Shown piece by piece: positions 17,218-25,376 of a stretch of 32,000 nt of DNA (its first letter is position 1; every line of letters begins with the position of its first letter). The notes below the pieces were generated by a model. The model was given only the letters and a program-made list of their open reading frames with translations, was not told where the DNA came from and made no database searches. The DNA is from Pyrodictium delaneyi (GTDB lineage: Archaea > Thermoproteota > Thermoprotei_A > Sulfolobales > Pyrodictiaceae), in NCBI RefSeq assembly GCF_001412615.1, contig NZ_CP013011.1, forward strand, positions 180,001 to 212,000, in the 5' to 3' direction. Position numbers and translations under genes: made by a program.

Positions 17218-18378
17218 CTATAGGCTTATGACTGGTGTAGGACCGAATTTCGGCAGTTCTACTACTGTACCGGGCTCCGCATTGGCTGTTACTACTCGTA
17301 GACCCAAGTTCTTCTTCTTCGTTCTAGAGGCCCGCTCCATTTCCATTATGAGTGTCTTTGCTAGTTCAATGCTCCATGAATTCCGTGGGAGTATTACCAT
17401 GTCTAGCCCAGCTACGCAAGCGTAAGTATAGTTTACAAGGTCGTGTAGTTTTAGGGAGCCTTGTTGGACTCTCTCTTTGAGCACGTTATCTTCTGCAACA
17501 GGTAACATCACTTGATTAAATCCAGTACACTTTATATCGGAGCAGACACCGTATATGAATTCCTCAAGCCTATTTATAGCAGCTGCTGTACCCGGGCCTG
17601 GCATGGGTCTACCTGAATACTTCTCGACAACCCTAGCAACACTGTCATCCATCCAGGGTGAAAGGGACATGTCGAATCCTCTGAAGAAGAGATCATGCTT
17701 TTCAATCTCCATCCTTATAGCATTATAAATCTGGTATGCAGCTTCAACCACATAGTCCATAGCCTCGTAGTAGCTATACTCTTCAAGCAGCCGAGGATAG
17801 AGCAATGCTATTGAGACTCCAGGGAGGCTCGACATAGTTGTACCTAAGGGGAAATAGGGCGACTCAGGATACCCGCCGAAAGCCATCGCTACTCTGGTGG
17901 CCATTTCTGGCTCTAGTAATCCTATCTTGTAGAGAAGGCGCGGCGTACGTTTATCTCCGGTATCAGCTATTCCCGAGATAGCAGCATAAATATTGTGCCC
18001 GAGCTTTAACACCTCTTCTAAGACATCTATCTTAACCTGTGTAGAACTCGAATGGAAAGCAGCGTAGAGTACATCGTCGCGTAGCTGCATGTTTTTGAGT
18101 AGATCAAGTTGTTCTTCTGGACTAAGAGGAGTTATTGGTAGCACCACTCTGGTAGACATAACTTCATAACCGGATTGGTCTTCAGCAACTCTTGCCAGCT
18201 CGAGTGCTATATCTGAGGCTTCCTCCACTAGCCGGGCTATTTCACGCCGGTTATCCCATTGTTCTATGGCTACGTGTACGGCAATTGCACGTACCTTAAC
18301 CATCTCTGCAAGATCCATTGTCACGCGCCTGTGTACCTGGGGATAACGGTTGTCGGGGCGAAATATCCTACGCAGCAT
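17218..18378 (-). CDS. DUF711 / UPF0210 family protein
   Basis: The C-terminal half matches my recollection of UPF0210 proteins: FDMSLSPWMDDSVARVVE, GTAAAINRLEE, LPVAEDNVLKERVQQGSLKLHDLVNYTYACVAGLDMVILP. Alternative ATG at 18318 (MDLAEMVKVRAIAV) is plausible. Confidence 0.7.
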   Translation of the reverse strand: MLRRIFRPDNRYPQVHRRVTMDLAEMVKVRAIAVHVAIEQWDNRREIARLVEEASDIALELARVAEDQSGYEVMSTRVVLPITPLSPEEQLDLLKNMQLRDDVLYAAFHSSSTQVKIDVLEEVLKLGHNIYAAISGIADTGDKRTPRLLYKIGLLEPEMATRVAMAFGGYPESPYFPLGTTMSSLPGVSIALLYPRLLEEYSYYEAMDYVVEAAYQIYNAIRMEIEKHDLFFRGFDMSLSPWMDDSVARVVEKYSGRPMPGPGTAAAINRLEEFIYGVCSDIKCTGFNQVMLPVAEDNVLKERVQQGSLKLHDLVNYTYACVAGLDMVILPRNSWSIELAKTLIMEMERASRTKKKNLGLRVVTANAEPGTVVELPKFGPTPVISL

Positions 18379-18453
18379 CGGCTCTTACACGCCCTAGGTG
18401 CGGAAACCAAAAATTTACGGGGTAGCAGGTCTTAGGTATAAATGTTTGTAATA

Positions 18454-18474
18454 TGAACAAAACATATGTGTTCA
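18454..18474. promoter_or_regulatory. Inverted repeat TGAACA-N9-TGTTCA in a divergent promoter region
   Basis: TGAACA at 18454-18459 and TGTTCA at 18469-18474. The repeat lies between the DUF711 gene (-) and the methyltransferase gene (+), next to the TATA element. Confidence 0.3.
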
Positions 18475-18482
18475 AAGTCGGG

Positions 18483-18490
18483 TATATAAA
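18483..18490 (+). promoter_or_regulatory. Archaeal TATA-box candidate (TATATAAA)
   Basis: Strong TATA-like octamer in the 276-nt A/T-rich divergent intergenic region. It lies about 45 nt upstream of TTG 18533 (see the methyltransferase frameshift finding). Confidence 0.45.
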
Positions 18491-18654
18491 AGAGATATTT
18501 TAGACTTAGTCATATATGGGGCCGATGTAGTATTGCGGCACTGTAGGCAGGAAGCCCTCGACAGATTATTCCAGGGGGCCTTGCCAAGTACTTCCTCAAG
18601 GCCATAGAGGGTATCTGGGAGCACGGTGAGAAGGAAGCCGAAGCCATAGCAGCT

Positions 18655-19359
18655 ATGCTAGAGAGGAACGGCGTAGAGCCAGGCTCGTGGCTCCTAGAGC
18701 TGGGGGCGGGGAACGCAAGGGTTGCCATCCCGCTTGCTAGGCTCGGCTACCGCGTTACCGGGGTAGAGTATTCGAAGCTATTCGTGGAGAACGGGCTCCG
18801 CCGTATAGAGGAGGCAGGACTAGAGGATATGGTAGAGCTAATCCACGGCGACGTATACCAGCTAGACAAGTTGCTCGAAGGCAAGGTATTCGACGCTGTC
18901 TACACCACGTGGACTACAATAATAGGCTATGGCTTGTTCAAGGATTGCGACGAACTCGTTCTCCGCAAGGCCTGGGGAGTGGTGAGGCCAGGAGGCCTCC
19001 TGGTAATAGCCAATACAGCTAGTTACGATAGAATAGGCCTCCGGCAGGGCCTCTATGGCTCCGGGATAACGTTTCTAAGCAAAGTCTCTGACGAGTTTAT
19101 GACCTTTGAGCAGCCGCGGTTTGACCCGGTGGAGAGTATCCTCGTGAACCGGTGGGTGTTCTACCGCCGAGAGGGCATGGATCTCCGCTACCTAGGCGAG
19201 GTGGAGTTCAGAATCCGCATCTATACGCTACACGAGCTAGTAGAGCTGGCTCGTAGGGCGGGCTGGGAGCTTGTAGAGGCGGTTGACGACCCGTTGAGGG
19301 CTACGCCGTACCGGTCGTGCCGGAGCAGCTTCAACCTGGTGTTCCGGCGAGTGGGCTAA
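18655..19359 (+). CDS. Class I SAM-dependent methyltransferase. The annotated start is probably too short, with a possible frameshift in the 5' region.
   Basis: SAM-binding motif I is LLELGAGNARVAIPLARLGYRVTGVEYS, and the post-I/II regions include FDAVYTTW and LRPGGLLVI. Another 36 in-frame codons upstream look coding but contain no canonical start. Confidence 0.8.
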   Translation: MLERNGVEPGSWLLELGAGNARVAIPLARLGYRVTGVEYSKLFVENGLRRIEEAGLEDMVELIHGDVYQLDKLLEGKVFDAVYTTWTTIIGYGLFKDCDELVLRKAWGVVRPGGLLVIANTASYDRIGLRQGLYGSGITFLSKVSDEFMTFEQPRFDPVESILVNRWVFYRREGMDLRYLGEVEFRIRIYTLHELVELARRAGWELVEAVDDPLRATPYRSCRSSFNLVFRRVG

Positions 19360-20315
19360 GGGGCGTGTAGCCAGCACGCCGCCTTCCGGCCAGGCCTCGG
19401 GGAGACCACGGGCGGCTCTTTGCTGCGACACTTCTCCATGACCACGGGGCACCTTGGGGCGAAACGGCAGCCTGGCGGTGGGCGGCGAAGGTCCGGCGGC
19501 TGGCCGGGTATGGGGCGTGGCCACCGTGGGTTGTCGATATCCGGGACCGAGTCTAGTAGCGCCCGGGTGTAGGGGTGTAGGGGCTCCCGTAGCACCTCCT
19601 CGGCGGGGCCCTGCTCTACTATCTTCCCAGCGTACATTATCGCTATGCTGGATGCCCTCTCCGCGGCGAGCGCTATGTCGTGCGTGACCAGGACCACCGC
19701 CATGCCGTGGCGACGCCGTAGCTCGTCTAACAGATCCATTATCTGTTTCTGCACTATCACGTCCAGCGCGGTCGTGGGCTCGTCGGCTACGAGCACCCGG
19801 GGCTCGAGCGCTATAGCAGCGGCTATCGAGACTCTCTGCCTCTGCCCGCCGCTAAGCTGGTGTGGGTAGGCCCGTGCAGCCTCCCGGGGGAGCCCCACCG
19901 ACTCTAGGAGCTGGGGGACCCGGCCCCGCGCCTCCTCCTCGGGCACTCCGTGCTCCAGTAGCACCTCGAGTAGCTGGTCGCCGATCCTACGCACCGGGTC
20001 GAGCGTCGTAAACGGGTCCTGGAACACGATCGAGACCAGCTCCCCGCGGGCCCTGCGCAGCTCGTCGCCCTGTAGCTCCGTGAGGTCGACGCCGTCCACC
20101 AGTATGCGGCCCTTAACTATCCTGCCGGGCGGCGGAACTAGGCGGAGCAGCGAGTAGCCCAAGGTGCTCTTGCCGCTGCCGCTCTCCCCCACGATGGCTA
20201 CGAGCTCTCCCCGCCTGGCCTCGAGCCAGGCCCCCTCCACGGCGCGCACTATTCCACGCAGCGTGTAGTAGTAGACGCTAAGATCCTCGACCCGCAGCAC
20301 TGTGTCGGCCATCAC
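19356..20315 (-). CDS. Oligopeptide/dipeptide-type ABC transporter ATP-binding protein (OppD/DppD-like)
   Basis: Walker [10 protein letters not shown], signature LSGGQRQR, Walker B LVADEPTTALD, C-terminal PPGCRFAPRCPVVMEKCRSKEP. GTG 20315 or ATG 20312, preceded by GGGAGGG. Confidence 0.88.
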   Translation of the reverse strand: MMADTVLRVEDLSVYYYTLRGIVRAVEGAWLEARRGELVAIVGESGSGKSTLGYSLLRLVPPPGRIVKGRILVDGVDLTELQGDELRRARGELVSIVFQDPFTTLDPVRRIGDQLLEVLLEHGVPEEEARGRVPQLLESVGLPREAARAYPHQLSGGQRQRVSIAAAIALEPRVLVADEPTTALDVIVQKQIMDLLDELRRRHGMAVVLVTHDIALAAERASSIAIMYAGKIVEQGPAEEVLREPLHPYTRALLDSVPDIDNPRWPRPIPGQPPDLRRPPPGCRFAPRCPVVMEKCRSKEPPVVSPRPGRKAACWLHAP

Positions 20316-20326
20316 TGTTTCCCTCC

Positions 20327-21220
20327 CTAGGCCTCGCTCCTCCTCACCTGCTCGCTCAGACCCTCGCCTATCAGGGCGAAGCCTGTGGCGAGGAGCGTGA
20401 TCATGAAGCCGGGGGCTGCTATGAGCCAGGGTGCGGAGCGGGCGAAGCCCTTAGCGTTGTAGAGGTCGAAGCCCCAGTCCGGTGTGGGCGGCTCCACGGC
20501 GAGGCCTAGAAAGCTCAGCGCAGCCTCGGTCAAGACAGCGTCGGCGGCACTGAGGCTAAACACGACCATTATCGTGGGCACGAGGTGTGGCAAGATATGC
20601 CGCCTCATAATCCTCCAGGACGTTAGGCCGAGCGCCCGGGCTGTCTCCACGAAGGGGCTCTCGCGTAGCTGTAGCACCTGGCCACGAACCATCCGGAAGT
20701 ACGTGGGTATGTATACAACTGCTATCGCTATTGCTGCGTTCTCCGGGCGCGGGCCGAGCGCAGCAGCCAGCGCTATAGCGAGCACTAGCCCAGGAAAAGC
20801 GTAGAGAGCATCCATGAACATGCTTAGCGCCCGGTCTATCCGGCCGCCGTGATAGCCGCTCACAAGACCCAGAGGCACACCCACGGCGAGGCTTAGGAGT
20901 ACCGAGGAGAACACAACCTTCAACACGGTCCGCGAGCCGTAGATTATCCTTGAGAACACGTCGCGGCCGAGCCGGTCAGTGCCCAGAGGGTGCTCCCAGC
21001 TAGGCGGCTCGAGGCTCCTACCACTCCTCTCCACGGGGCTGTACGGGGCTAGGAGCGGCGCGGCAACAGCCATGAAGACTATAGCTGCTACGATGATGAT
21101 GCCTGCTAGTACTAGGCCCCGGCCCCGCCGGGGCAACGAGTAGTAGACGGCTACCAGCTTCTCCCTCACCGTGGAGACAGTCATGCTAGGCAACTCGGTC
21201 GCCCTCCTAGTAGCGTACAC
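20327..21220 (-). CDS. Peptide-type ABC transporter permease (OppC/DppC-like)
   Basis: Polytopic protein with a BPD-transporter EAA-type loop, ETARALGLTSWRIMRRHILPHL. Alternative ATG at 21184 (MTVSTVREKL). Confidence 0.85.
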   Translation of the reverse strand: MYATRRATELPSMTVSTVREKLVAVYYSLPRRGRGLVLAGIIIVAAIVFMAVAAPLLAPYSPVERSGRSLEPPSWEHPLGTDRLGRDVFSRIIYGSRTVLKVVFSSVLLSLAVGVPLGLVSGYHGGRIDRALSMFMDALYAFPGLVLAIALAAALGPRPENAAIAIAVVYIPTYFRMVRGQVLQLRESPFVETARALGLTSWRIMRRHILPHLVPTIMVVFSLSAADAVLTEAALSFLGLAVEPPTPDWGFDLYNAKGFARSAPWLIAAPGFMITLLATGFALIGEGLSEQVRRSEA

Positions 21221-22217
21221 GCGGGTCGAGGAGCGCGTAGAGGAGGTCCACTATGAGGCTCACGAGCCCGACTATGAACGCGAACACTATGACTACGCCC
21301 TGTATAGCGGGGTAGTCGCGGTACTGTATCTTCTCCACCAGGTAGGTGCCGATACCAGGCCAGTCGAAGGTAGTCTCTGTCAGCACGGCGCCGCCTAGGA
21401 GGAGCGCGAACTGAAGCCCAGCATAGGTCACGACAGGTATTATAGCGTTGCGGAACGCATGCCAGGTTATCCTCCTCTCCCTCACACCACGGGCCCGGTA
21501 GGCAAACACGAAGTTAGACTCGAGCGCGACGGCGAGGTGGTTGCGGAGAAGCCTGGTATAAGGCCCGCTAAGCACTATGCCCAGCGTTAGCGCCGGGAGC
21601 ACCAGGTGTGCGAGCGCGCTACGCAGCGCCTCAAAGTTCCCCGTAAGGATCGAGTCAACGACATAGAGCCCAGTGATCTCGTGCAGTTCTATTCCAGGGT
21701 CAATCCTCCCGCTGACAGGGAGCCAGCCGAGCCATATAGCGAAAACTAGCTGCAGGAGTAGGCCGAGCCATGGGATGAACAGGGTGTAGGATACTGCACC
21801 GTAAATGCGGAGAACAATGTCGAGCTTCGTATCGCGCTTCAGCCCGGCTAGGAGCCCCGTAGAGAGCCCGATGGCTAGGCTTACAAGCATGCCAGCTACA
21901 GCGAGCTCTACCGTGGCGGGCAGCCTCTCCGCTATGTCAGCTGCTATAGACCGCCCCCTAATCACAAGGCTCGTACCCAAGTCGCCATGGAGCACACCTG
22001 CAAGATAGTCTATGTACTGTATGTAAAGAGGCTTGTCGAGCCCAAGCTGTCTCCTCATTTCGACGAGCTGCTCCTCTGGTATATTCTTAGTCCCAAGAGC
22101 TGCTGCTATCGGGTCGCCGGGTAGTACGCGGAGTATAAAGAACGTGACAGTATACAGTATGAGGACAGTAGGTATAATTAGTGCTGCACGTACAGCTATG
22201 TACCGTAACAGCCCCAT
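21207..22217 (-). CDS. Peptide-type ABC transporter permease (OppB/DppB-like)
   Basis: Typical N-terminus MGLLRYIAVRAALIIPTVLILYTVTFFILRVLPGDP and EAA-type loop AYRARGVRERRITWHAFRNAIIPVV. Start set at ATG 22217, because the 24 upstream codons look non-coding. Confidence 0.85.
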   Translation of the reverse strand: MGLLRYIAVRAALIIPTVLILYTVTFFILRVLPGDPIAAALGTKNIPEEQLVEMRRQLGLDKPLYIQYIDYLAGVLHGDLGTSLVIRGRSIAADIAERLPATVELAVAGMLVSLAIGLSTGLLAGLKRDTKLDIVLRIYGAVSYTLFIPWLGLLLQLVFAIWLGWLPVSGRIDPGIELHEITGLYVVDSILTGNFEALRSALAHLVLPALTLGIVLSGPYTRLLRNHLAVALESNFVFAYRARGVRERRITWHAFRNAIIPVVTYAGLQFALLLGGAVLTETTFDWPGIGTYLVEKIQYRDYPAIQGVVIVFAFIVGLVSLIVDLLYALLDPRVRY

Positions 22218-22588
22218 GGAGCCTCTACGCCTCCCATTGTGGCCGGGCGCTCGGCCCCCATTTGCCCACGGCAAACACAGAATAATCAAGAGGGGTAATT
22301 ATAGCGTGGCGTGTCGTCGTGGGGCCTCGGGTCCTGCCGGGATCCCCATAGCTGTTCCTACGTCGGTGGTGAGACTAGAGTCCTCATAGGCCCCACGAGT
22401 GTCGTGTATATCGGCTACACTAAAGTATGTAATCAGTAAGCATGCAGCAGTCATTATTGTAATCATGGTAGACGAAGAGTATGATGTATGATGAACTTAC
22501 CATGAACCTTACTATACCCAGGTAAACAACGCTTTATAACCAACTTATCTACTGATTTATTACTCGGTTTCAATGATGTAGGCACTGG

Positions 22589-22801
22589 GTGATACTATTG
22601 CCCTTCCAGCTCTCGACTGACCGCAGAGTCTACCGCTGTACGGTCTGTGGCAGGATAACGACGAAACCTATACTCTACAAGACTTGTTGCATGAATCGGC
22701 CGGTAGTTTTCTGTAGCAAGGTCTGTGCCGAGAAATGGATCCGTGAGTGGATGAGGAGGCAGGAGCAGTTTAGGCGTGGAGGCCCCTTAGTTAGGCTCTG
22801 A
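22589..22801 (+). CDS. Stand-alone TRASH-type zinc-finger mini-protein (70 aa)
   Basis: CTVC-x21-CSKVC fits the TRASH pattern C-x2-C-x19-22-C-x3-C exactly. GTG start (uncertain). The 3' end overlaps the thi4 3' end by 11 nt. Confidence 0.5.
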   Translation: MILLPFQLSTDRRVYRCTVCGRITTKPILYKTCCMNRPVVFCSKVCAEKWIREWMRRQEQFRRGGPLVRL

Positions 22802-23585
22802 GATCCTCAGCTATGATCTCTGCTATCTTCTTACCGGACAACAACATACCAGCAAATATTGGGCCCATCCGTGGTAGATTGTAGAGCGCGGCTACAGCCA
22901 TGCCGGCAACGTAAAGTCCTGGGAGTACGCGGCCCGTCTTCTCGACGACGAGCTTCTCGGCCTCCTCTGCGTATGCCGACTTCTCGCCGGGTATAATCAG
23001 CTCAGCCTCTGGAACCTTCCTTGAGAAGACACTAAGCACCTCGGCATCGTGGCCAGTGGCATCTACAACTGCTCTACTGTAGACGAAGAGGGGGTCGACA
23101 TGGAGCCCAGACATAATCACGGCACTCCATTGTATGGCTACGCCTACAACTCTTAGCGGGTCGTACCGTATTATCACATCGTCCACTTGTACACCGTGTA
23201 TTATCCTCGCTCCTGCGTCTATAGCATGTGCAGCTAGCTTAGCCATGAGCTCTGCTGCGTCAACGACATAGAGGTCGTTACGTTTCTGGTATCTTACCCT
23301 GAAGTCTTCTAGTATTGGTACGGTTTTCTCGTCAACTACTATCTTGTGGAATAGCATCCCACCACCGCCTATACCCCCGCCGAAGCTGAGCCTTCTCTCA
23401 AAGACGACTACCCGTAACCCCTTCTCGGCCAGGTACCTTGCAGCAGTCATTCCCGCCGGTCCAGCACCAACAATGACTACGTCAACGTTAGCTATTTCGG
23501 CCCACTCTTCGGCTGTAGCTGTGACTATAGTCCGAGTAATCTTCGTCTCGAGTGGCACCTCCAAGACTATGACCCTCAAGTCCAC
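22791..23585 (-). CDS. thi4: Thiazole synthase Thi4 family (archaeal thiamine thiazole synthase / ribose-1,5-bisphosphate isomerase-like)
   Basis: FAD/NAD dinucleotide fold [30 protein letters not shown]. Gly-rich loop [13 protein letters not shown], then [11 protein letters not shown] and [11 protein letters not shown] start. Confidence 0.88.
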   Translation of the reverse strand: MDLRVIVLEVPLETKITRTIVTATAEEWAEIANVDVVIVGAGPAGMTAARYLAEKGLRVVVFERRLSFGGGIGGGGMLFHKIVVDEKTVPILEDFRVRYQKRNDLYVVDAAELMAKLAAHAIDAGARIIHGVQVDDVIIRYDPLRVVGVAIQWSAVIMSGLHVDPLFVYSRAVVDATGHDAEVLSVFSRKVPEAELIIPGEKSAYAEEAEKLVVEKTGRVLPGLYVAGMAVAALYNLPRMGPIFAGMLLSGKKIAEIIAEDLRA

Positions 23586-23617
23586 CCATAGCCATTATTA
23601 CTGGGTTAAATGTAACA

Positions 23618-23623
23618 CTATAA
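23618..23623 (-). promoter_or_regulatory. TATA-like element (TTATAG on the minus strand) upstream of thi4
   Basis: About 33 nt upstream of the thi4 GTG start, consistent with a short or absent leader. The surroundings are A/T-rich. Confidence 0.3.
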
Positions 23624-23990
23624 CCAGGTTCTGTGTTGTAGTATGTGTAATACACTTAAAAGACGCATATAGCTGTAAAGCCGCATATAATAGTATATAC
23701 AATTCCGGCTGGTAGAGTGTCCAAATAAGGTATGTCCATAATATAGGTATAATCCAAGCTTGTAATAACGATGTATATAGTTATGCTCTACAATGCAACC
23801 ATTTATCGGGGCCTTGCTCGTAATGGATACGGAGTTACTAGATGTGATAAAACGTTATGAATGATGAGTGATCGAGGTGCATGGTGGGCTAGAGCAGAGC
23901 GAAAGGTATACACGGCGTGACAGCCTAGATATTACTACCAGGCTTTCTAGGCCTAGATGACCGGGTTCTCTTCGGAGGGCGTTCTAGACC

Positions 23991-25361
23991 TTGAAATCCC
24001 GAAGAGTAGCTGTAGCGTTGACTATTGCTGGGAGTGATTCCGGCGGCGGTGCGGGGATAGAGGCAGATCTCAAGACATTTGCCGCCTTGGGTGTGCATGG
24101 AGTAGTAGCGATTACTAGCGTGACTGCACAGAACACACTCGGGGTCTACGCTGTACACGACATACCTCCGGAGATCGTGGCTAAGCAGATAGAGGCTGTC
24201 GCAGAAGACATAGGTGTCAATGCTGCTAAGACCGGTATGCTGAGCAGTAGCGAGATAATAGTTGCTGTGGCCTCTACGCTCCGCCGGTACGACTTCCCCC
24301 TCGTCATAGACCCAGTTATGGTGGCTAAGAGTGGGGCCCCACTCCTAAAACCGGATGCAGTCGAGACCCTGGTAAAGGAGCTTATCCCCAGGGCTACGCT
24401 CGTAACGCCAAACAGGATGGAGGCTGAGAAGCTAACTGGGATAATGATTAGGAGTCTTGACGATGCCAGGAGGGCTGCCAGGAGGATCGTGGAGGAGTAT
24501 GGGGCAGAGGCGGCGATAGTCAAGGGGGGCCACCTAGACGGCGACGAGAGCGTAGACGTGCTATACTACCGTGGAAGGTATAGGGAGTACCGCGCGCCGA
24601 GGATAAAGAACGGCTGCACCCATGGTACTGGCTGCTCGTTCTCGGCCGCGATAGCCGCTGAGCTAGCAAAAGGCAGGGAGCTAGAGGAGGCTGTGGAGAC
24701 AGCCAAGAGGCTCATAACGATGGCCATAGACTACGGGCTGAGGATCGGCGGCGGGCACTGCCCTGTCAACCCAATGGCGTGGCTTGAGATCGACGCGTGG
24801 AGGTGGAGGGTTGTAAAGAGTGTCGAGGAAGCTCTTGCGAGGCTCTTGTCTAGCGAGGAACTAGTACTACCCTACGCCCCCGAGGTGGGCATAAACATTG
24901 CAGAGGCCTTGCCGTACCCCTACGCCAGGAGTATAGGCGACGTTGCTGGTGTGCTCGGCCGCGTAGTGAAGACTCCCCGGGGGCTACGCGCCGGCGGCCC
25001 CGTGGCTCTGGGCGCCTCGAACCATCTTGCACGGCTAGTGCTGGCGGTGATGCGGCACGCCCCCTGGCTGAGGGCAGTGGTCAACATACGATATGTTCCG
25101 GAGCTAGTTGAGGCGGCAGAGAACCTAGGCTACCGGGTTGCCCGTGTGGACCGTAGCAGGGAGCCCGTGGAGATCCGGGCAAGGGAAGGAGGCACGATGG
25201 AGTGGATAGCTGAGAGCGTGTTCAGCGAGATAGTGGCAGATGTGGTGTACGACGAGGGCGGCTGGGGCAAAGAGCCGATGATCAGGGTCTTCGGTGAGAA
25301 CGCTGTAGCGGCGGTGGAGAAACTATTATCGATCGTGGAGCGTGCTGAGCGCCGGCGATAG
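23991..25361 (+). CDS. thiDN: Bifunctional ThiD-ThiN: hydroxymethylpyrimidine/phosphomethylpyrimidine kinase fused to ThiN-type thiamine-phosphate synthase
   Basis: The N-terminal half is ThiD-like ([53 protein letters not shown]). The C-terminal 190 aa or so is ThiN-like ([38 protein letters not shown]). TTG start. Confidence 0.88.
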   Translation: MKSRRVAVALTIAGSDSGGGAGIEADLKTFAALGVHGVVAITSVTAQNTLGVYAVHDIPPEIVAKQIEAVAEDIGVNAAKTGMLSSSEIIVAVASTLRRYDFPLVIDPVMVAKSGAPLLKPDAVETLVKELIPRATLVTPNRMEAEKLTGIMIRSLDDARRAARRIVEEYGAEAAIVKGGHLDGDESVDVLYYRGRYREYRAPRIKNGCTHGTGCSFSAAIAAELAKGRELEEAVETAKRLITMAIDYGLRIGGGHCPVNPMAWLEIDAWRWRVVKSVEEALARLLSSEELVLPYAPEVGINIAEALPYPYARSIGDVAGVLGRVVKTPRGLRAGGPVALGASNHLARLVLAVMRHAPWLRAVVNIRYVPELVEAAENLGYRVARVDRSREPVEIRAREGGTMEWIAESVFSEIVADVVYDEGGWGKEPMIRVFGENAVAAVEKLLSIVERAERRR

Positions 25362-25376
25362 AAGGCCTACCGGGTG

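Noticed and set aside
22479-22620. Possible C/D-box sRNAs: ATGATGA at 22488-22494 with CTGA at 22552-22555, and ATGATGT at 22572-22578 with CTGA at 22617-22620
   Set aside because: There are no internal D'/C' boxes at the expected spacing and no terminal stem. The first candidate is too long (68 nt), and the second overlaps the TRASH ORF start. A dedicated snoRNA scanner would be needed.
23861-23920. ATGATGA box at 23861-23867 as a C/D sRNA in the thi intergenic region
   Set aside because: There is no CUGA D box within 50-70 nt; only GTGA is present at 23917-23920.
23586-23990. TPP riboswitch upstream of thiDN or thi4
   Set aside because: I could not find the conserved CUGAGA / ACCUGAUCUGGAUAAUGCCAGCG-type core on either strand. 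TPP riboswitches are also not expected in Crenarchaeota.
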